DNA of 64,000 nucleotides from an uncultured Chloroflexia bacterium. GTDB lineage: Bacteria; Chloroflexota; Limnocylindria; Limnocylindrales; CSP1-4. How positions within the stretch are numbered: position 1 is the first letter of the stretch; the number at the start of each line of letters is the position of its first letter. Under the pieces are notes generated by a model that worked only from the letters and a program-made list of their open reading frames with translations, ran no database searches and had not been told where the DNA came from. The position numbers were made by a program, and so were the translations under genes. Shown here piece by piece: positions 60,017 through 64,000 of the stretch. The stretch covers positions 266,658-330,657 of the forward strand of contig CAWGBA010000004.1 of assembly GCA_963820735.1 (NCBI GenBank), given 5' to 3'.

Positions 60017-60921
60017 CCTCAGTCGACCTTGCGCCCGCCCCTGCCGCCGCCGTCGTCGCGGACGACGCAGACCGCGTCCTCGAGATCCGCGACCTGCATG
60101 TCGTGCCCGTCGCCGAGCCGTCCCGCGAGATCCTGGCTGGCATCGAGCTGACCGTCCGCAAGGGCGAAGTGCACGCGATCATGGGCCGCAACGGCTCGGG
60201 CAAGACCACGCTTGCCTACGCGCTGATGGGCCACCCGGCGTACCAGGTCACACGAGGCCAGGTGCTCTGGAAGGGGATCGACATCCTGAAGCTGTCGCCT
60301 GACAAGCGCGCGCGGCTTGGCCTCTTTCTCGCCTTCCAGTACCCAACCGCGATCCCCGGGCTTTCGGTCGCCAGCTTCCTGCGCACGGCCTTGAACGCCC
60401 GACGCCGCGACCTGAATGTCGGCAACTCCGAGATCGACCCCTCGGATGCCACGCGCGGCGGCATCAGCATGCGTGACTTCCGGCTCCTCATGCGCGAGAA
60501 GATGGCGCTGCTCAAGCTCGACGACGCGTTCGCGGCCCGCTACGTCAACGAGGGCTTCTCGGGCGGCGAGAAGAAGCGTCTCGAGATGCTGCAGATGGCC
60601 GTGCTGCAACCCGAGTTCGCAGTCCTGGACGAGACCGACTCGGGACTCGATATCGACGCCCTGCGGATCGTCGCGGAGGGCGTCAACGCACAGCTCAATC
60701 CAGATCTCGGCGTGATCCTGATCACGCACTACCAGCGACTGCTCAACTACATCACGCCGGACGTGGTCCACGTGCTGGCCAAGGGCCGGATGATCAAATC
60801 GGGCGGTCGAGAGCTCGCGCTCCAGCTGGAGGAAGAGGGCTACGCGCCGATTCTGCGAGCGGCCGGGCTCGAGGCGGAGGCCGAAGAGGCCGAGCCTGCG
60901 GAGGTCGAGTCGCAGCGATGA
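60013..60921 (+). CDS. sufC: Fe-S assembly ATPase SufC
   Basis: MGRNGSGKT, FLAFQYP, VNEGFSGGEKKR, LDETDSGLDIDAL, ITHYQRLL. Confidence 0.96.
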   Translation: MTSVDLAPAPAAAVVADDADRVLEIRDLHVVPVAEPSREILAGIELTVRKGEVHAIMGRNGSGKTTLAYALMGHPAYQVTRGQVLWKGIDILKLSPDKRARLGLFLAFQYPTAIPGLSVASFLRTALNARRRDLNVGNSEIDPSDATRGGISMRDFRLLMREKMALLKLDDAFAARYVNEGFSGGEKKRLEMLQMAVLQPEFAVLDETDSGLDIDALRIVAEGVNAQLNPDLGVILITHYQRLLNYITPDVVHVLAKGRMIKSGGRELALQLEEEGYAPILRAAGLEAEAEEAEPAEVESQR

Positions 60922-61304
60922 CCATGGATACGGCAGCGCGCGAGTCGGTGGCGCCGGAGCTGCTGGCTGACCACGTCCGCCGCTTCAACCACGGGGTTCG
61001 CACGGCCGACTGGCGGCCCATGCTCGAGAACTTCTCAGTCGATGGGATGATCGTCTTCGACGGCGTCCGGGTGGGGCCGTTTCGCGGACACGATGCCATC
61101 GAGCGCGGGTACCGGGAGCAGCCACCCGACGACACGATCACCGTGCTCGAGGTGCTCGAATCGACGCCCGAGCGGTTGGTGGCTTCCTTCGCCTGGGACA
61201 ACCAGCCCGGCGTGCGCGCCGGCGAGCTTCGCTTCGCGCTCACCGGTCGCCAGATCCAACGAATGACCATCCGGCTCGATCGAGCCGTGGCGGGAATCCG
61301 ATGA
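60918..61304 (+). CDS. SnoaL/NTF2-like protein
   Basis: HVRRFN...F..DG...GPFRGHDAI..GY; 4-nt overlaps with both sufC and sufS. Confidence 0.7.
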   Translation: MTMDTAARESVAPELLADHVRRFNHGVRTADWRPMLENFSVDGMIVFDGVRVGPFRGHDAIERGYREQPPDDTITVLEVLESTPERLVASFAWDNQPGVRAGELRFALTGRQIQRMTIRLDRAVAGIR

Positions 61305-62636
61305 CGACTGTCCTGCCGCACAGCGAGAGCGCCGCCATCCCCGGCACGCAGCCCTCGCGCCTTCTCGATGTCGAGCGGATCCGCGCGGACTTCCCCATGT
61401 TCGAGCGTGACTTCGGTGGGCGTGAGCTGGCGTACCTCGACTCGTGCCGCGACCGCGCTCAAGCCGCAGGCCGTGATCGACGCCGTGACGGGCTACTACT
61501 CCCGCTACACGGCGAACATCCACCGCGGCGTCTACACGACGGCCGAGGAGGCAACCTCCGCCTACGAGGGGGCACGCACGACCATCGCGCGCTTCATCAA
61601 CGCGCCCGATCGGCGCGAGGTCGTGATGGTGCGCAACGCCAGCGAGGCCATCAACCTGGTCGCCGCGACATGGGGCCGGCGCACGATCCGGCAGGCCGAC
61701 ACCATCGTCCTGACAGAGCTGGAGCACCACTCGAACCTCGTCCCGTGGCAGCTGCTGGCGCAGGAGAAGGACGCCGACCTTGAGTTCGTCGCCATCGACG
61801 AGCAGGGCCGGCTGAACCAGCAGAGCTTCGAGGTGCTGCTGCGAACCCGTCCGCGACTTGTCGCGTTCAACTTCGTCTCCAACGGGCTCGGGACCATTAA
61901 CCCTGCGAAGGAAATGATTGCCAAGGCGCACGACGCGGGCGCCCTGGTGCTGATCGACGGCGCGCAGGCGGCACCGCACCAGCCGGTCGACGTGCAGGAC
62001 CTGGACTGCGACTTCTTCGCCTTCTCTGGCCACAAGACGCTCGGCCCCACGGGAAGCGGCGCGCTGTGGGCGCGGCTGCCGCTGCTCGAGGAGATGCCCG
62101 TCTACATGGGCGGTGGCGAGATGATCCGCGAGGTCCATTTGCGCCGCGCGACGTGGAACGACGTGCCCTGGAAGTTCGAGGCGGGCACGCCCGACATCGC
62201 CTCGGCCATCGGGCTCGGGGCCGCGCTCGAGTACCTGGAAACCGTTGGCATGGACAACGTTCGTGCCCACGAGCATGCCCTCACGGAGTACGCGTTGGAC
62301 GTGCTGCCGCGCGAGGTGCCGGACCTGCGGCTGCACGGCCCGCTCTCAGCGGACGAGCGGGGCGGCATCATCACCTTCAATCTGCGCGGCATCCATCCGC
62401 ACGACGTGGCGACGCTGCTCGACCGTGACGCGATCGCGGTGCGCGCCGGCCACCACTGCACGATGCCCCTCCACGAGCGGCTCGGCGAGGCCGCGTCCGT
62501 GCGGGCGAGCTTCTCCGTCTACACCGGAACCGACCATATCGACCGCCTGGCCGAGTCGCTTGCCAAGGTGGTGCGCATCTTCCAGGGCGGGACGCGGAGC
62601 CCCGCCGAACCCACACCCGCTACGCTTCCACACTGA
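61301..62636 (+). CDS. sufS: Cysteine desulfurase SufS (frameshift near 61445)
   Basis: IRADFP, AYLDS, ANIHRG, EHHSNLVPW, DGAQ, FSGHK, FEAGT, VRAGHHC. Confidence 0.95.
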
Positions 62637-62638
62637 TC

Positions 62639-63019
62639 ATGGATGACCTGTACCGCGACGAGATCCTCGAGCACTACCGCAACCCGCATAACTTCGGAAC
62701 GCTTGCTGAGCCGGACGTGACCCTGGAGGGTTTCAATCCGTTGTGCGGCGATCGCCTGACGCTGAGCCTGAAGTTCGCTGACGGCAACGTGAGCGATGTC
62801 GCGTTCACGGGTCGCGGCTGCGCAGTCAGCGTGGCCTCGGCGTCGATGCTCACCGACGACATCAAGGGCCGACCGATCCCCGAGGTCGATGCCCTGACCA
62901 ACCAGCACGTCATCGACAACCTGGGCATCGAGCTGAGCCCGGCTCGGCTCAAGTGCGCGCTGCTGCCGATCGACACGCTCCACAAGGCGATAGCGCAATC
63001 GGGAAAGGGCCCGTCGTGA
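62639..63019 (+). CDS. sufU: SufU/NifU-like Fe-S assembly protein
   Basis: ILEHYRNPHN, NPLCGD, GCAVSVASAS, RLKCALL. Confidence 0.92.
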   Translation: MDDLYRDEILEHYRNPHNFGTLAEPDVTLEGFNPLCGDRLTLSLKFADGNVSDVAFTGRGCAVSVASASMLTDDIKGRPIPEVDALTNQHVIDNLGIELSPARLKCALLPIDTLHKAIAQSGKGPS

Positions 63020-63137
63020 CCTGTTCGTGTAAGTCGCCGGTCCGCTGAGGGCTGGCGCACCCCCTGAAACGACGCTGCGCGGGCGAACCCCGACCCGCTC
63101 TGCCCCCGACACCTGAACCCTGGAGACTCTTCGACCA

Positions 63138-64000
63138 ATGAGCATGACGTTCGCTGAATTGATGCGGCAGGCCCGCGCCGACGTGCGCGAGCTGTCGCCC
63201 GGCGAGTCGGAACTCGCCGTGGAAAACGGCGCCCGGCTGATCGACGTGCGCGAGACGAGCGAGTGGGAGGAGGGCCACATCCCCGGCGCCGTCCTCATCC
63301 CCAAGAGCTACGTGGAGCAGCAGATCGAGGCCCAGGTGCCCGATCGGGACACGCCGGTCGTGCTCTATTGCGCCGGTGGCGTCCGATCGTTGATCGCCGG
63401 CACGACCCTGCGCCTGATGGGCTACACGAACGTGGCCTCCATGAGCGGCGGCTTCCAGCAGTGGAAGTCGGAAGGCCGTACGTGGCGCAAGCCGGTCGTG
63501 CTGACGCCGGCCCAGAAGCAGCGCTACAGCCGCCACCTGCTGATGCCCGAGGTGGGCATCGAGGGCCAGGCCAAGCTGATCAATTCGAAGGTGCTGCTGA
63601 TCGGCGCCGGCGGGCTCGGCGCTCCGGCGATGCTCTACCTGGCCGCCGCCGGTGTCGGCACTCTGGGAATCATCGACTTCGACGTCGTCGACATGTCCAA
63701 CCTCCAGCGCCAGATCGTCCACACCAACGACCGCGTCGGCCAGAAGAAGGTCGACTCGGCCGCCGAGACGATCCACGCGCTGAACCCCGAGACGAAGGTC
63801 GTCACCTTCGAGGAGATGCTGACCGAGGAAAACGTCGAGCGGATCATCGACGGCTACGACGTGATCCTCGACGGCACCGACACGTTCGAGACTCGCTACA
63901 CACTCAACGACGCGGCCGTACGTGCCCGAATCCCGGTCGTCCACGCGTCGGTCTTCCGCTTCGAGGGTCAGCTGACGGTGTTCAAGCCGTTTGACGGCCC
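63138..64000 (+). CDS. moeB: Rhodanese-MoeB/ThiF adenylyltransferase fusion (3' end outside window)
   Basis: Own translation: DVRE..EW..GHIPGA, YCAGGVRS, RYSRHLLMPEVG, IGAGGLG, SNLQRQ, DGTDTF. Confidence 0.9.
   Translation, partial: MSMTFAELMRQARADVRELSPGESELAVENGARLIDVRETSEWEEGHIPGAVLIPKSYVEQQIEAQVPDRDTPVVLYCAGGVRSLIAGTTLRLMGYTNVASMSGGFQQWKSEGRTWRKPVVLTPAQKQRYSRHLLMPEVGIEGQAKLINSKVLLIGAGGLGAPAMLYLAAAGVGTLGIIDFDVVDMSNLQRQIVHTNDRVGQKKVDSAAETIHALNPETKVVTFEEMLTEENVERIIDGYDVILDGTDTFETRYTLNDAAVRARIPVVHASVFRFEGQLTVFKPFDG

Noticed and set aside
3611-62636. About 20 frameshifted genes as pseudogenes or programmed frameshifts
   Set aside because: Indels hit housekeeping genes (sufS, ltaE, cyclophilin) without in-frame decay or slippery motifs; long-read error is the simpler explanation.
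15-63994. Most long antisense or alternate-frame ORFs in the track
   Set aside because: Arg/Pro/Ala-rich shadows of real genes, typical of high-GC DNA.

Overview
High-GC bacterial chromosomal window. Gene style and content suggest Chloroflexota, probably Limnocylindria/Ellin6529-like; this is inference, no search was run. About 20 otherwise intact genes, including sufS and threonine aldolase, are split by single-base indels, most likely long-read errors, so they are reported as joined CDS with approximate ends. Layout: (i) 0.66-7.6 kb integrase-less island bounded by a 16-bp repeat of the tRNA-Arg(CCG) 3' end and subdivided by two tRNA-Asn 3'-half att-like sites, carrying TRAP SBP, ECF sigma and beta-propeller cargo; (ii) LLM/MarR/FMN-reductase trio; (iii) double sugar-ABC locus with LacI, GntR, GH4, deacetylase and BadF kinase; (iv) a candidate ~175-nt ncRNA; (v) threonine aldolase-DUF885-HisA-like-cyclophilin operon, tRNA-Asp and two CapA paralogues; (vi) a minus-strand envelope block (Flp pilin, GT-C mannosyltransferase, OsmC, MMPL-AttH fusion, RDD, two sulfotransferases, Mca-like) containing a ~400-nt structured non-coding segment between two ~88-bp direct repeats; (vii) kamA, cyclase, GH9, MFS, rhodanese, c-di-AMP receptor, sulfatase; (viii) Rrf2-sufC-NTF2-sufS-sufU-moeB with no sufBD in view. 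Best novelty candidates: the repeat-flanked large RNA, the att-delimited cassette array and the standalone ncRNA.
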